Of a stretch of DNA of 64,000 bases, positions 8,395 through 18,339 are shown in pieces. This DNA is from Gemmatimonadales bacterium (lineage in GTDB: Bacteria; Gemmatimonadota; Gemmatimonadetes; Gemmatimonadales; GWC2-71-9), in the NCBI GenBank assembly GCA_036558125.1, contig DATBGE010000026.1, forward strand, positions 17,382-81,381, read 5' to 3'. How positions within the stretch are numbered: position 1 is the stretch's first letter; each line of letters starts with the position of its first letter. A program made the translations under genes and the position numbers. The notes below the pieces were generated by a model. It had not been told where the DNA came from, searched no databases, and saw nothing but the letters and a program-made list of their open reading frames with translations.

Positions 8395-8747
8395 CACGGA
8401 ATCGTCCCCGTCTGCCACAGCTGATAGACGGTCCCGCTGTAGTCATCCGAGATGAGGAGCGCGCCGGTTGAATCAACCGCCGTGTCCACCGGCCTCCCCC
8501 AGTAGTTATTCCCGTTGAGCCAGCCGGAAACGAAATTGTATTGCGGCCCGGGCCGCTGGCTCGGGTCCCAGGGGAAGTAGGCGATTTTGCCGCCTTGAAA
8601 GCCACCTGGACCGGTACCGTGACGTACGTTGTGGGCCCTGGCCCGAAGGCGTTGGCGGTGACCTGGTCTTGGGTAGTATCCGGGCCCGGCGGCTGGTCGG
8701 AATTACAAGCGATCAGCGCGACGCCGGCCAGGGCTGTGCGGAGTAGC
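8395..8747 (-). pseudogene. decayed lipoprotein gene; the C-terminus resembles the last blade of PQQ-type sugar (glucose/sorbosone) dehydrogenase propellers
   Basis: One frame reads (TAG)LLRTALAGVALIAC NSDQPPGP..., a lipobox preceded by an in-frame stop. After a -1 shift it reads ..GWLNGNNYWGRPVDTAVDSTGALLISDDYSGTVYQLWQTGTIP*. No usable start in either frame. Confidence 0.5.
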
Positions 8748-8862
8748 TAACGCAGGGTCCCGCGCTTGGAGATGGGAACGGCGAAGACGAACCCCAACAC
8801 GGTATGACGTGGGTGCTCGTTTTTCCTGTGAGGAAACTCACTAGAATTGCCAATGCGGAAAG

Positions 8863-8903
8863 GCGGAATGGGGTGCCTGCTGGGGCCCTCAGCCCAATTC
8901 CGC
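8863..8903 (-). terminator. possible terminator hairpin downstream of dcd
   Basis: GCGGAATGGGG (8863-8873) and CCCAATTCCGC (8893-8903) form an 11-bp stem with one mismatch. On the minus strand it is followed by TTTCC. Weak U-tract. Confidence 0.35.
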
Positions 8904-8921
8904 CATTCCTCATTCTCCACT

Positions 8922-9500
8922 CTACAATTTCGGCAGGGTCACTCCAGTCTGCTTCTGATACTTCCCCGCTTTGTCCTTATAGCTCACTTCGCATATGTCG
9001 TCCTCGTCCGCCTCGAAGAACAGTACCTGGCAGATCCCCTCGTTGGCGTAAATCCGGGCGGGCAAAGGGGTGGTGTTGGAGATTTCAAGCGTGACATGTC
9101 CTTCCCACTCCGGCTCGAAGGGCGTCACGTTGGTAATTATGCCGCACCGGGCGTACGTGCTCTTGCCTACGCAGATCGTCAAGACGTTGCGAGGGATCCG
9201 GAAGTACTCCACCGACCGGGCCAACGCGAAGCTGTTCGGAGGAACGATGCAGACTTCACCCTCGAACTCCACAAAACTCCGGCTGTCGAACTCCTTGGGA
9301 TCGACGATCGCCGAAAGTACGTTGGTGAAGATCTTGAACTCGGGGGCCACCCGCATGTCGTAGCCATAGGACGACACCCCGTAGGAGATCACCTTACGCC
9401 CATGGGCGTCCACCGAGCGGACCTGGCCCTGCACAAATGGGTCGATCATCCTGTGCTCCTGGGCCATGCGGCGGATCCAGCGGTCGGACTTGATGGACAT
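8922..9500 (-). CDS. dcd: dCTP deaminase
   Basis: 192 aa. The N-terminus [22 protein letters not shown] and overall length match bacterial Dcd. Confidence 0.9.
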   Translation of the reverse strand: MSIKSDRWIRRMAQEHRMIDPFVQGQVRSVDAHGRKVISYGVSSYGYDMRVAPEFKIFTNVLSAIVDPKEFDSRSFVEFEGEVCIVPPNSFALARSVEYFRIPRNVLTICVGKSTYARCGIITNVTPFEPEWEGHVTLEISNTTPLPARIYANEGICQVLFFEADEDDICEVSYKDKAGKYQKQTGVTLPKL

Positions 9501-9684
9501 AGTGTGGGCGGACAGGCGTGAGGCGGAATGGGCGGACGGAGCAGGTTCCGTCCCCGTGGACGGGCGACAATATAGAGGGTGTTGAGGGCCCGTGGCACTC
9601 CGAACCCGAGGCTACCGTTCATCCTTGGCGGACATTAACTTATCCGCCTGCACGTGAATCTTTTCACGAATCGGGGCTTCAGCG

Positions 9685-10050
9685 ATGCTCCAACCGTACA
9701 TCCCGTTGTTGCTCATTATCGCGCTCGTCATCGCGAACGCGATCCTCATGCTGGCGGTTTCCCACATTTTCTCGACCTACCGCCGCACCCCGGGGAAGAT
9801 CGCTCCCTATGAGTCCGGCATGCCCGTTCTGGGGCAGGCCCGCGAGCGTTTCTCGGTCAAGTTCTACCTCGTCGCGATGCTGTTTATCGTTTTTGATATC
9901 GAAACTGTCTTCATGCTTCCATGGGCGGCCGCCTTCCAGCAGCTGAAGGAGATCCGCGGTCTCCTGCTGGTGGAAATGTTCGTGTTCGTCGTGATTCTCG
10001 CGGTCGGATACGTCTACGTCTGGAAGCGGGGAGCCTTGGAATGGAATTGA
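9685..10050 (+). CDS. nuoA: NADH-quinone oxidoreductase subunit A
   Basis: 121 aa with three hydrophobic helices. YESGMP and [12 protein letters not shown] motifs of NuoA/ND3. First gene of the nuo operon. Confidence 0.9.
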   Translation: MLQPYIPLLLIIALVIANAILMLAVSHIFSTYRRTPGKIAPYESGMPVLGQARERFSVKFYLVAMLFIVFDIETVFMLPWAAAFQQLKEIRGLLLVEMFVFVVILAVGYVYVWKRGALEWN

Positions 10051-10658
10051 CCGAACCCGGCGAGCCGCTCACTGCCGAGGTATCCGGGGTCTCCCCCAAT
10101 TGGGTGACCGCCAAGCTGAGCGATCTCACCAACTGGGCCCGCAAGAATTCGCTGTGGCCGATGCCGTTTGGGACGGCCTGTTGTGCTATCGAGTTCATGG
10201 CCACCGCCGCCAGCCGCTACGACATCGCGCGGTTCGGGATGGAGCGGCAGGCTTTCTCACCTCGCCAGTCGGACGTCTTGATCTGCGCCGGCCGGCTCCC
10301 CTTCAAGCTCGCTCCGGTCATTCGCCGGATCTGGGACCAGATGCCCCAGCCCAAGTGGTGCATCTCGATGGGCGCCTGCGCCTCGACCGGCGGCATCTTC
10401 GATACCTACACGATGGTGCAGGGAATCGATACGATCGTGCCGGTAGACGTTTACGTCCCAGGCTGCCCACCCCGTCCCGAGGGCCTGCTCTACGGGATCC
10501 TGCTGCTTCAGAAGAAGATCTCGGGCGAGAGCATCACCGATGACGACCTCCGCCAGGAGCACACCGTGGGTCCCCAGGGATTGTTCCTTCCGGCCAACCG
10601 GATCGACGAGCTGTCGGAACCGTTCGGTAATTCGGTGCACCAGACGAGGTCGGCGTGA
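10041..10658 (+). CDS. nuoB: NADH-quinone oxidoreductase subunit B
   Basis: [13 protein letters not shown] and PGCPPRPE cluster-N2 motifs. The ATG at 10041 overlaps the nuoA stop. The longer ORF start at 9921 lies inside nuoA. Confidence 0.9.
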   Translation: MELTEPGEPLTAEVSGVSPNWVTAKLSDLTNWARKNSLWPMPFGTACCAIEFMATAASRYDIARFGMERQAFSPRQSDVLICAGRLPFKLAPVIRRIWDQMPQPKWCISMGACASTGGIFDTYTMVQGIDTIVPVDVYVPGCPPRPEGLLYGILLLQKKISGESITDDDLRQEHTVGPQGLFLPANRIDELSEPFGNSVHQTRSA

Positions 10659-11284
10659 GCCTCGGGCGCGCCGAGCCGTCGGCCTCGATTCAGGCGCTGA
10701 GGTCCCGCTTCGGAGCCTCGGTCTTGCGGCACGAGGTCTCCTGCGGAGACACGATCGTCTACCTCGCGCGCGACCGGGCTCACGAAATCCTGGCCTGGCT
10801 CAAGGACGATCCGGCCCAGCGTTTCGATTATCTCACCGACGTGACCGCGGTCGAATACCGAGACATGGAACGGCCGCTCGAAGTCGTCTACCAGCTCCGC
10901 TCCCTCGACCGGAAGGCCGACCTGCGCTGCAAGATCGAGCTCGACAAGCGGGCTCACCTCGAGGTCGATTCGGTTTTCGACCTGTGGAAGGGCGCCGATT
11001 GGCTGGAGCGCGAGGTCTTCGACATGTTCGGCGTCTCCTTCCGCGGTCATCCGGACCTGCGCCGCATCCTTATGTGGGAGACCTATTCGGAGGGCTTCCC
11101 GCTGCGGAAGGACTTCCCGCTCCGCGGCCACTTCAGCCGGGCGGAGCAGACCAGGCAGGCCCTCGCCGCGAACCCCGAAGCGCACTACTCCCTGGAAGAA
11201 TTGAGCATCGTCGAGTCCTATCATGAGTTGCCGGCCGACGTGCGGGAGCGGCTGAGCCGGGGCGAACGGGGGACTCTGCGATGA
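10655..11284 (+). CDS. nuoC: NADH-quinone oxidoreductase subunit C
   Basis: GTGA overlap with nuoB. 30-kDa subunit motif [29 protein letters not shown]. Confidence 0.9.
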   Translation: MSLGRAEPSASIQALRSRFGASVLRHEVSCGDTIVYLARDRAHEILAWLKDDPAQRFDYLTDVTAVEYRDMERPLEVVYQLRSLDRKADLRCKIELDKRAHLEVDSVFDLWKGADWLEREVFDMFGVSFRGHPDLRRILMWETYSEGFPLRKDFPLRGHFSRAEQTRQALAANPEAHYSLEELSIVESYHELPADVRERLSRGERGTLR

Positions 11285-12576
11285 GCCTGCGCACCGTCGA
11301 AATGGCGCTCAGCACCCCGGGTCTCGACGCCCAGGGGAACGTGCGGAAAGTCCCGCTCGGCATCCAGCTGCCCAAGGTGCCCGAGCCATCCGACGAGATG
11401 AACGCCGAGCACATGCTGATCAACCTGGGTCCCCAGCATCCGGCGACTCATGGCGTGCTGCGGCTGGTGGTCGAGCTCGACGGCGAGACCGTGATCCGCG
11501 TGGTGCCGCACGTCGGTTACCTGCACAGCGGGTTCGAGAAGCTCGGCGAGTACCGGCACTACAACCAGATCGTGCCGCTCACCGACCGGACCGACTACCT
11601 GTCGCCCATGGCCAACAACGTCTGTCTGGCGTTGGCGGCCGAGAAGCTGATGGGGATCGAAATCACCGAGCGGTGCACGGTGCTGCGGGTGATCGCCTGT
11701 GAAATGAGCCGGATCATTTCCCACCTGGTCTGGCTGGGAACCACCGGCATTGATATCGGAGCCTACACTCCGTTCCTCTGGACCTTCCAGCAACGGGAAC
11801 GGATCTACAACCTGCAGGAAGCGTGGACTGGTGCCCGGCTCACGACCAGCCTGACTCGCGTGGGCGGCCTCATGGCCGACATTCCCGACGGTTGGGAAGG
11901 GGGACTCTCCGAGTTTTGCCGCACCTTCCCCCGGACTCTCGATGACGTGGACCGGATGTTCACCCGGAACGCCATCTGGATCGGGCGGACTCAGAACGTG
12001 GGATCGATCAGTCCCGAGGACGCGATCAACTACTCGCTATCGGGACCGATGCTGCGGTCCGCCGGGGTCGCCTACGACGTGCGGAAGGATCGCCCCTACC
12101 TGGGCTACGAGAACTACGACTTCGACGTGCCCGTCGGTGAGCACGGCGACTGTTACGATCGGTATATCGTCCGCATGGAAGAGATGCGACAGTCGGTTCG
12201 CATCCTGGAGCAAGCCCTGGCGCGCCTCGAGCGACTCAAGGGCGCTCCCATCAACGTGTCGGACCCGCGGCTGATCCTGCCCCCCAAATCGCGCGCGATG
12301 AGCGACATGGAAGCCATGATCTTCCACTTCAAGCAGGTGATGGAGGGTGTGAAGGCGCCCGTGGGCGAAGCCTACATGGGGATCGAGAACCCCAAGGGCG
12401 AGCTGGGCTACTACTTCGTGTCGGACGGCACAGCCAAACCGGTGCGTTGGCGGATCCGTCCCCCGTCTTTCATCAACCTGGCCTGCCTGCCCAAGCTCTG
12501 CGAGGGCGTGCTCTTGTCCGACGTGATCGCGATCAACGCCAGCGTGGACATCGTCATGGGAGAGATCGACCGATGA
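11281..12576 (+). CDS. nuoD: NADH-quinone oxidoreductase subunit D
   Basis: ATGA overlap with nuo[24 protein letters not shown] and C-terminal DIVMGEIDR, typical of the 49-kDa subunit. Confidence 0.92.
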   Translation: MSLRTVEMALSTPGLDAQGNVRKVPLGIQLPKVPEPSDEMNAEHMLINLGPQHPATHGVLRLVVELDGETVIRVVPHVGYLHSGFEKLGEYRHYNQIVPLTDRTDYLSPMANNVCLALAAEKLMGIEITERCTVLRVIACEMSRIISHLVWLGTTGIDIGAYTPFLWTFQQRERIYNLQEAWTGARLTTSLTRVGGLMADIPDGWEGGLSEFCRTFPRTLDDVDRMFTRNAIWIGRTQNVGSISPEDAINYSLSGPMLRSAGVAYDVRKDRPYLGYENYDFDVPVGEHGDCYDRYIVRMEEMRQSVRILEQALARLERLKGAPINVSDPRLILPPKSRAMSDMEAMIFHFKQVMEGVKAPVGEAYMGIENPKGELGYYFVSDGTAKPVRWRIRPPSFINLACLPKLCEGVLLSDVIAINASVDIVMGEIDR

Positions 12577-13076
12577 GCTCGGCGCACGTCGAGGAGGAAC
12601 ACCAGCCGGTCTTCGTGGGGGAGGCGCGCGAGGAGCTCGAGGCGCTGTTCCCCAATTTCCCGACGAAGATGGCCTGCCTGCTGCCCGCGTTGTGGATTGT
12701 CCAGCGGCGGCGCGGTTGGATTTCCGAAGGCGCGATCACCGAGGTGGCCGAGGTGCTCGGTCTCACCCCCGCCTATGTGAAGGGCGTGGTGACCTTCTAC
12801 ACGATGTACCACACTCACCCCGTCGGCCGGCACTTCATTCAAGTCTGTACCACGTCGCCCTGTAACATTTGCGGCGCGGAGGATGTGGTGAAGGCCTTTC
12901 TCAAGCACACCGGCTGCGGCGAACTGGGGGCAACCAGTGCCGATGGCCGGTTTACCATGATCGAGGTCGAATGTCTCGGGGCCTGCGGGTTCGCCACCCC
13001 CGTGCTGATCGATGACGACTTTATCGAAGGTGTAACTCCGGAGCGGGTGCCGGGCATTCTCCAGGGGTACAAGTAA
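12573..13076 (+). CDS. nuoE: NADH-quinone oxidoreductase subunit E
   Basis: ATGA overlap with nuoD. 2Fe-2S cysteines in CTTSPCNICG and ECLGACGFAP. Confidence 0.9.
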   Translation: MSSAHVEEEHQPVFVGEAREELEALFPNFPTKMACLLPALWIVQRRRGWISEGAITEVAEVLGLTPAYVKGVVTFYTMYHTHPVGRHFIQVCTTSPCNICGAEDVVKAFLKHTGCGELGATSADGRFTMIEVECLGACGFATPVLIDDDFIEGVTPERVPGILQGYK

Positions 13077-14380
13077 TGGGATTTCCCCATCCCAGTCATC
13101 CCAAAGAAGAGCCGGTTCTCTCCCGCTACTTCGGAGACGCGGGCGCGCGCAGCTTCGACGGCTGGGTAAAGCGCGGCGGCTACGAAGGGCTGAAGAAGGC
13201 GTTGGGCATGACGCCCGAGGCCGTGATCGAGGAGATCAAGAACTCGGGACTGCGCGGGCGCGGCGGGGCCGGGTTCCCGACCGGCCTCAAGTGGTCGTTC
13301 ATGCCCAAGAACAGCGGCAAGCCGCACTACCTCTGCTGCAACGCCGACGAATCGGAGCCCGGCACCTTCAAGGATCGGGAGATCATGCGGTGGACGCCTC
13401 ACGCGCTGCTCGAAGGCTGCGCGCTGGCCTGCCACGCGATCAGTGCCGAACGAGGCTACATCTACATCCGGGGCGAGTTCACCGTCGAGCACAAGATTCT
13501 CGAGGGTGCCATCAAGGAGGCGTACGACAAGGGCGCGCTCGGCGCCAACGCCTTCGGCAGCGGGAAGCGGATCGACCTGGTGCTGTTCCGGGGCGCCGGC
13601 GCCTACATCTGCGGTGAAGAAACCGCCCTGATGAACTCCATCGAGGGCCGTCGCGGCAATCCCCGCATCAAGCCGCCGTTCCCCGCCGCGGCAGGTGTCT
13701 TCGGGATGCCGACGACGATCAACAACGTGGAGACGCTGGTCGCAACACCGCACATCATCATGCGGGGCGCCGAGTGGTACAAGAGCCTGTGCCGAGGCAA
13801 TCCCAAGAGTACCGGCACCAAGTTGATTTCGGTCTGCGGCCACGTGCAGCGGCCGGGCAACTACGAAGTGGTGATGGGCAGCTCCATGAAGGAGCTGATC
13901 TACGAGATGGCGGGCGGCATGCGGCCGGGCCGTACCCTGAAGGCGGTGATCCCTGGTGGCTCGTCGGTGCCCATCATGACGGCGGCCGAGGTGGAAGACT
14001 GCCAGCTCGACTATGAAGGGGTGGCTGCCAAGGGCTCGATGCTCGGCTCGGGTGGCATGATCGTCATGGACGATTCCACCGACCTCGTCTACCAGATCAT
14101 GCGGCTGGCGCGCTTCTACGCCCACGAATCCTGCGCTCAATGCACCCAGTGCCGCGAAGGCACCGCGTGGACCACCAGGATTCTGGAGCGCATGCTGGCA
14201 GGGAAGGGACGGATCGAGGATCTGGATCTCCTGCTCGACTTGTCAGACAACATGACCGGCAAGACGATCTGCGTGCTGAGCGATTCCTGCGCCGCGCCGG
14301 TCGTCAGCGGGATCAAGAAGTTCCGCGGCGAGTTCGAGGCGTACGTGAGTGGAAACCGAAAGACTGCCGTCGCTGTTTAG
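13076..14380 (+). CDS. nuoF: NADH-quinone oxidoreductase subunit F
   Basis: GLRGRGGAGFPTGLKWSF (FMN/NADH site) and ESCAQCTQCREG (4Fe-4S N3). Confidence 0.93.
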   Translation: MGFPHPSHPKEEPVLSRYFGDAGARSFDGWVKRGGYEGLKKALGMTPEAVIEEIKNSGLRGRGGAGFPTGLKWSFMPKNSGKPHYLCCNADESEPGTFKDREIMRWTPHALLEGCALACHAISAERGYIYIRGEFTVEHKILEGAIKEAYDKGALGANAFGSGKRIDLVLFRGAGAYICGEETALMNSIEGRRGNPRIKPPFPAAAGVFGMPTTINNVETLVATPHIIMRGAEWYKSLCRGNPKSTGTKLISVCGHVQRPGNYEVVMGSSMKELIYEMAGGMRPGRTLKAVIPGGSSVPIMTAAEVEDCQLDYEGVAAKGSMLGSGGMIVMDDSTDLVYQIMRLARFYAHESCAQCTQCREGTAWTTRILERMLAGKGRIEDLDLLLDLSDNMTGKTICVLSDSCAAPVVSGIKKFRGEFEAYVSGNRKTAVAV

Positions 14381-14381
14381 T

Positions 14382-14450
14382 CGCCGTAAGCCATAAGCCC
14401 TAAGCCCTAAGCAGCAACCGGAAGCGCCTAAGGCTTATGGCTTAAGGCGC
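14382..14450. repeat. imperfect palindrome built from (N)TAAGCC heptamers in the nuoF-nuoG spacer
   Basis: Left arm CGCCGTAAGCCATAAGCCCTAAGCCCTAAGC (14382-14412). Right arm GCGCCTAAGGCTTATGGCTTAAGGCGC (14424-14450). A 13-bp perfect core TAAGCCATAAGCC pairs with its complement. Confidence 0.8.
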
Positions 14451-14465
14451 GAACCCTGAAGCGGA

Positions 14466-16040
14466 ATGACCACCGAAAACGTAAACGTCACCATCAACGG
14501 CCTGACGCTGGCTGTCCCCAAAGGGACGACCATCATCGAGGCCGCCAAGCAGGCTGGGGTGTTGATCCCTCACTACTGCTACCACCCGTCGTTGCCATCC
14601 CCGGCGGTGTGCCGCATGTGCCTGGTCGAGGTGGAGAAGGCACCCAAGCTCATGCCGGCCTGCGTCACTACTGTGGCCGAAGGGCAGGTCGTCCACGTTG
14701 ACAGCGAGCAAGCCAAGAAGGCGCGCGAGGGCGTCCTCGAGCTGTTGCTGATCAACCATCCGCTCGACTGTCCGATCTGCGATCAGGCCGGCGAGTGCGA
14801 GCTGCAGAACTACGTCTTCCAGGAAGGCCGGGCCGGCACCCGGTACAGCGAGTACGCCAAGCGCTACAACCCGGTCGAAGAGTTCGGCCCCGACGTGCTT
14901 TACGTCGCCAACCGGTGCATCCTCTGCACCCGTTGCGTGCGGTTCATGGACGACGTGGCGGGCGAGGCCGTGCTCAACGTTTCGGAGCGGGGAGACCGGG
15001 CTTTCATCGGCATCGACCCCGAGCACGAGTTGGATCATCCCTGGGCCGGCAACGTTGTGGACCTCTGCCCGGTCGGATCGCTCATCTCGAAGGACTTCCT
15101 GCACAAGGCTCGGGCCTGGGACCTGGACAAGACCGGGAGCGTCTGCACCGGATGCAGCCAGGGATGCAACATCCTGATTGACACCCGTGATGCGGCGGTG
15201 GTGCGTCTGCGGCCACGGCCTAATCTCGAAGTGAATCGCCATTTCATTTGCGATCACGGCCGGATGAACTACCGCTGGATGAACCGGGGCGACCGGATCG
15301 AGGCCCCCCTGGTACGCGAGGGCCAGCGTCTCGTCGCCACCGACTGGGATCAGGCCCTGGCCCGCGTGGTGAAGGCGGTCCGTCAGGGTGGGCCGGCCGT
15401 CGTGCTGGCGTCGGGCCGCGCCTCGACCGAGTCCCTGGGAATGGTCAAGCGCCTGCTCGAGGCAACGAAACTGACCGCCGCTGTCCAGTTGCCCCAGGGA
15501 GACGAGGCGCCACTCAAAGGTGTTCCCAACCTGGCACTTCGGAAGGAACGGGCGCCTAACGGAGAAGGCGCGCGGATTCTGGGCTACACCACCGAATGGA
15601 GTGCGGCGCTCAAGGCGGCGGCGAGCTCATCACTCGTCGTTCTGCTCGATGTCGAGTTGACCGAAGCCGAAGCGGCCCAGGTGAGCAAGGCCAACACGGT
15701 GATTGTCTTCGGGACGGTGCAGTCGCAGGAGCTGGCCGGTGCTACCGTCGTCCTCCCGGTCACTAATGTGGCCGAGGAGATGGGCACCTTCGTGAACCGC
15801 GACCGCCGGGTTCAGCGCTATGACCAGGCGAAGCCCAGCCCCGGTATGGCCCAACCCGCGTGGTGGGCCGCGTCGGCCGCGTTGGCGTTAATCTCCGGCA
15901 AGCCGGCTCCTGCTGGCGTGGCATCCGCTTTCGACCTGATCGCGGCGAGTGTCCCCGCTCTCAATGGACTCACCTTCGCCGGGCTCGGCTTCACCGGCCG
16001 GGTCGCCGAGAAGCCGGTCGCGGCGGGAGCCGCCTCATGA
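14466..16040 (+). CDS. nuoG: NADH-quinone oxidoreductase subunit G (short form)
   Basis: CRMCLVEV (2Fe-2S), HPLDCPICDQAGECELQ, CILCTRCVRF and CTGCSQGCN clusters. Only 524 aa, so the molybdopterin-like domain is shortened. Confidence 0.88.
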   Translation: MTTENVNVTINGLTLAVPKGTTIIEAAKQAGVLIPHYCYHPSLPSPAVCRMCLVEVEKAPKLMPACVTTVAEGQVVHVDSEQAKKAREGVLELLLINHPLDCPICDQAGECELQNYVFQEGRAGTRYSEYAKRYNPVEEFGPDVLYVANRCILCTRCVRFMDDVAGEAVLNVSERGDRAFIGIDPEHELDHPWAGNVVDLCPVGSLISKDFLHKARAWDLDKTGSVCTGCSQGCNILIDTRDAAVVRLRPRPNLEVNRHFICDHGRMNYRWMNRGDRIEAPLVREGQRLVATDWDQALARVVKAVRQGGPAVVLASGRASTESLGMVKRLLEATKLTAAVQLPQGDEAPLKGVPNLALRKERAPNGEGARILGYTTEWSAALKAAASSSLVVLLDVELTEAEAAQVSKANTVIVFGTVQSQELAGATVVLPVTNVAEEMGTFVNRDRRVQRYDQAKPSPGMAQPAWWAASAALALISGKPAPAGVASAFDLIAASVPALNGLTFAGLGFTGRVAEKPVAAGAAS

Positions 16041-17278
16041 CTCCCGAGATGAAGGGGTTCCTGCTCCTCACCGTGGTGAAGCTGGTCGCGATCTTTACGA
16101 TCACGCTGATCGGGGTGGCATACCTGACGCTGGTCGAGCGAAAACTCTGTGCCTGGATGCAGTACCGGCTGGGGCCCAATCGGGTCGGACCGAACGGATG
16201 GTTCCAGCCGCTCGCCGACGGGCTCAAGAACATTCTCAAGGAAGAGACGTTCCCCCGCGACGCCAACAAGATCCTCTTCGTCCTGGCGCCGGCGTTATCG
16301 CTCATCCCCGCAACCATGATGTCGCTGGTGCTGCCCTGGGCGGCGCCGTTGCCGGTGGAGTTTGATTTCGCCCTGCCGTTGCTGGGTCGCTTCGTGCATC
16401 ACGGGCTGATGCCCATCGCGGTCGCCGATCTTCCGATCGGGTTTCTCTTCGTGATCGCCATCGGCTCGATGGGCGTCTACGGGATCGCCCTGGCCGGCTG
16501 GTCGTCGAATAACAAGTACAGCCTGCTTGGTGGGCTCCGGGCCAGCGCCCAGATGGTTTCCTACGAAGTCGCGATGGGGCTGAGCCTCATCCCGATCGTT
16601 TTGCTGACTGGTAACGTCTCGTTCGGAGAGATCATCGCCCGGCAGCAGGCGGGACTCTGGTTCGTGCTCCCGCTCTTCCTTTCCTTCTTCATGTTCATGG
16701 TTTCGGCCTTCGCGGAGACCAACCGGGTTCCGTTCGATCTGCCAGAAGCCGAATCGGAGCTCATCGCGGGATATCACACCGAATACAGTGCGATGAAATT
16801 CTCGCTCTTCTTCATCGCCGAGTATGCCAACATGATCACCGCATCTGCGATGATGGTGGTCCTCTTCTTCGGCGGCTGGGACCTCCCTGGGCACTGGGAC
16901 GAGAGTGGCGGTCTGATCCAGACGCTGGTGACCGGCGTCTGGATGTTCATTAAGACCTTCTTCTTCCTCTTCGTGTTCATCTGGGTCCGGTGGACGTTGC
17001 CCCGGTTCCGCTATGACCAGCTGATGTCGCTGGGCTGGAAGGTGCTGATGCCGATCGGGCTCGCCTACGTAATGCTGGTGGGCCTCGGGATCTACGGGGT
17101 GGATACCCTGATGAGCGGCAGCCCGGAGTGGATCAAGATGGGCGCTCTCTTCCTGCTCAACCTTCCTCTCATGTTTCTGGTTTTCCTAGTGCTCGATCGC
17201 GGGCGCCTGGTCAGCGGCTCGGCGGCACGCCGGGTCGCGGCTCCCCCGGTGCACCCGGGGGCTGAGGAGGCGGCATGA
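16037..17278 (+). CDS. nuoH: NADH-quinone oxidoreductase subunit H
   Basis: ATGA overlap with nuoG. ERKLCAWMQYRLGPNRVGPNGWFQPLADGLK, typical of NuoH/ND1. C-terminal extension of about 60 aa. Confidence 0.9.
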   Translation: MTPEMKGFLLLTVVKLVAIFTITLIGVAYLTLVERKLCAWMQYRLGPNRVGPNGWFQPLADGLKNILKEETFPRDANKILFVLAPALSLIPATMMSLVLPWAAPLPVEFDFALPLLGRFVHHGLMPIAVADLPIGFLFVIAIGSMGVYGIALAGWSSNNKYSLLGGLRASAQMVSYEVAMGLSLIPIVLLTGNVSFGEIIARQQAGLWFVLPLFLSFFMFMVSAFAETNRVPFDLPEAESELIAGYHTEYSAMKFSLFFIAEYANMITASAMMVVLFFGGWDLPGHWDESGGLIQTLVTGVWMFIKTFFFLFVFIWVRWTLPRFRYDQLMSLGWKVLMPIGLAYVMLVGLGIYGVDTLMSGSPEWIKMGALFLLNLPLMFLVFLVLDRGRLVSGSAARRVAAPPVHPGAEEAA

Positions 17279-17781
17279 CGATCGGCGTGAAGGTGATGAA
17301 GCGCCCGGAGGCCCAGGTCAGTTACGTCCGGGCCGCGCTCAAGGGCATGGGGCTCACGTTCAAGAAGCTGTTCGAGCCGAAGGTCACGATGGAGTACCCC
17401 GAAGCCAAGAGCACCGCGGACTACACGATTTCTTCCCGCTGGCGCGGCACCCACCGGATGCTCACCGACGAGCAGGGCCGGTCCAAGTGCGTCGCCTGCG
17501 GACTCTGTCCGCAGATCTGCCCGGCCAATTGCATCAAGCTGGTGCCGGGGGAGGACGAGGAGGGGAACCGGTACCCGCTGATCTATGAGATCGACGAATT
17601 CCGCTGCGTGTTCTGCGGATATTGCCAGGAAGTCTGCCCCGAAGAGGCGATTCACGTCGGGGTGCACTTCGAGAATTCCGAGTACAGCCGGGATCGTTTC
17701 GTATACGACCTCGAGCGGCTCTCTTCCCAGACGCACAGCGTTTCGACGCTGTGGGATCCCACCGATCCCAAGGGTGAATAG
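17275..17781 (+). CDS. nuoI: NADH-quinone oxidoreductase subunit I
   Basis: Two ferredoxin motifs, CVACGLCPQICP and CVFCGYCQEVCP. ATGA overlap with nuoH. Confidence 0.92.
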   Translation: MTIGVKVMKRPEAQVSYVRAALKGMGLTFKKLFEPKVTMEYPEAKSTADYTISSRWRGTHRMLTDEQGRSKCVACGLCPQICPANCIKLVPGEDEEGNRYPLIYEIDEFRCVFCGYCQEVCPEEAIHVGVHFENSEYSRDRFVYDLERLSSQTHSVSTLWDPTDPKGE

Positions 17782-18339
17782 ATGACCGAGGCGGTCTTCT
17801 ACCTGTTTGCTACGATAGCGGTGCTGTCGGCGCTCCTCTGTGTGACTCAGCGCAACCCGATCGCGTCCGCCTTCTGGTTGATCTCCACCATGCTCTGTCT
17901 GGCGGGCATCTTCGTCCTGCTCAACGCCCAGTTCATCGGGATCATTCAGGTCCTGGTGTACGCCGGAGCGGTCATGGTGCTCTTCCTCTTCGTCATCATG
18001 CTGCTGAACCTGGGCCGCGAGGAATCCGATCTCAAGCGCTGGCCGATCTGGATCGTGGCCGCCGGTGTCGTTGTCCTGCTGCTGGCTGAATTGGCCGCGT
18101 TGCCGCACTACAGCGCAGAGCGCTTGGCGCTGGAATACACCGGCTCGAGCCGGCTCGCCGATCCGGGATTGGTGTTTGAGGTCGGGAAGGCCGCGGCCGA
18201 GTCCACTGCGACGCAGGGCGTCACCGGAGTGATCGCGGCCCCGCTGTTCCAGAACTATCTGATTCCCTTCGAGCTCACTTCGGTGCTCCTGCTCACCGCG
18301 ATCGTCGGGGCAGTGGTGCTGGCGAAGCGGAGGGTCTGA
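17782..18339 (+). CDS. nuoJ: NADH-quinone oxidoreductase subunit J
   Basis: 185-aa polytopic protein between nuoI and nuoK. N-terminal helices resemble NuoJ/ND6 ([20 protein letters not shown]). Confidence 0.85.
   Translation: MTEAVFYLFATIAVLSALLCVTQRNPIASAFWLISTMLCLAGIFVLLNAQFIGIIQVLVYAGAVMVLFLFVIMLLNLGREESDLKRWPIWIVAAGVVVLLLAELAALPHYSAERLALEYTGSSRLADPGLVFEVGKAAAESTATQGVTGVIAAPLFQNYLIPFELTSVLLLTAIVGAVVLAKRRV

Noticed and set aside
8713-8913. 66-aa minus-strand ORF and the overlapping 96-aa plus-strand ORF (8804..9094) in the dcd-downstream spacer
   Set aside because: They have no motifs and odd composition, and they overlap the putative dcd terminator and the dcd 3' end. They are better explained as noise flanking the decayed remnant.
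9593-9607. Sigma-54 promoter-like TGGCAC upstream of nuoA
   Set aside because: The -12 element is missing: the sequence is TGGCAC-TCCGA-ACCC where TTGC is expected, so only one position of the -12 block matches.
12839-14140. 433-aa minus-strand ORF
   Set aside because: It is antisense to nuoF, which has unambiguous FMN and 4Fe-4S motifs. Its composition is that of a GC-rich shadow frame.
14391-14413. Telomere-like CCCTAAG repeats
   Set aside because: There are only 2-3 copies, embedded in a hairpin inside a bacterial operon. The resemblance to eukaryotic CCCTAA(A) repeats is coincidental.
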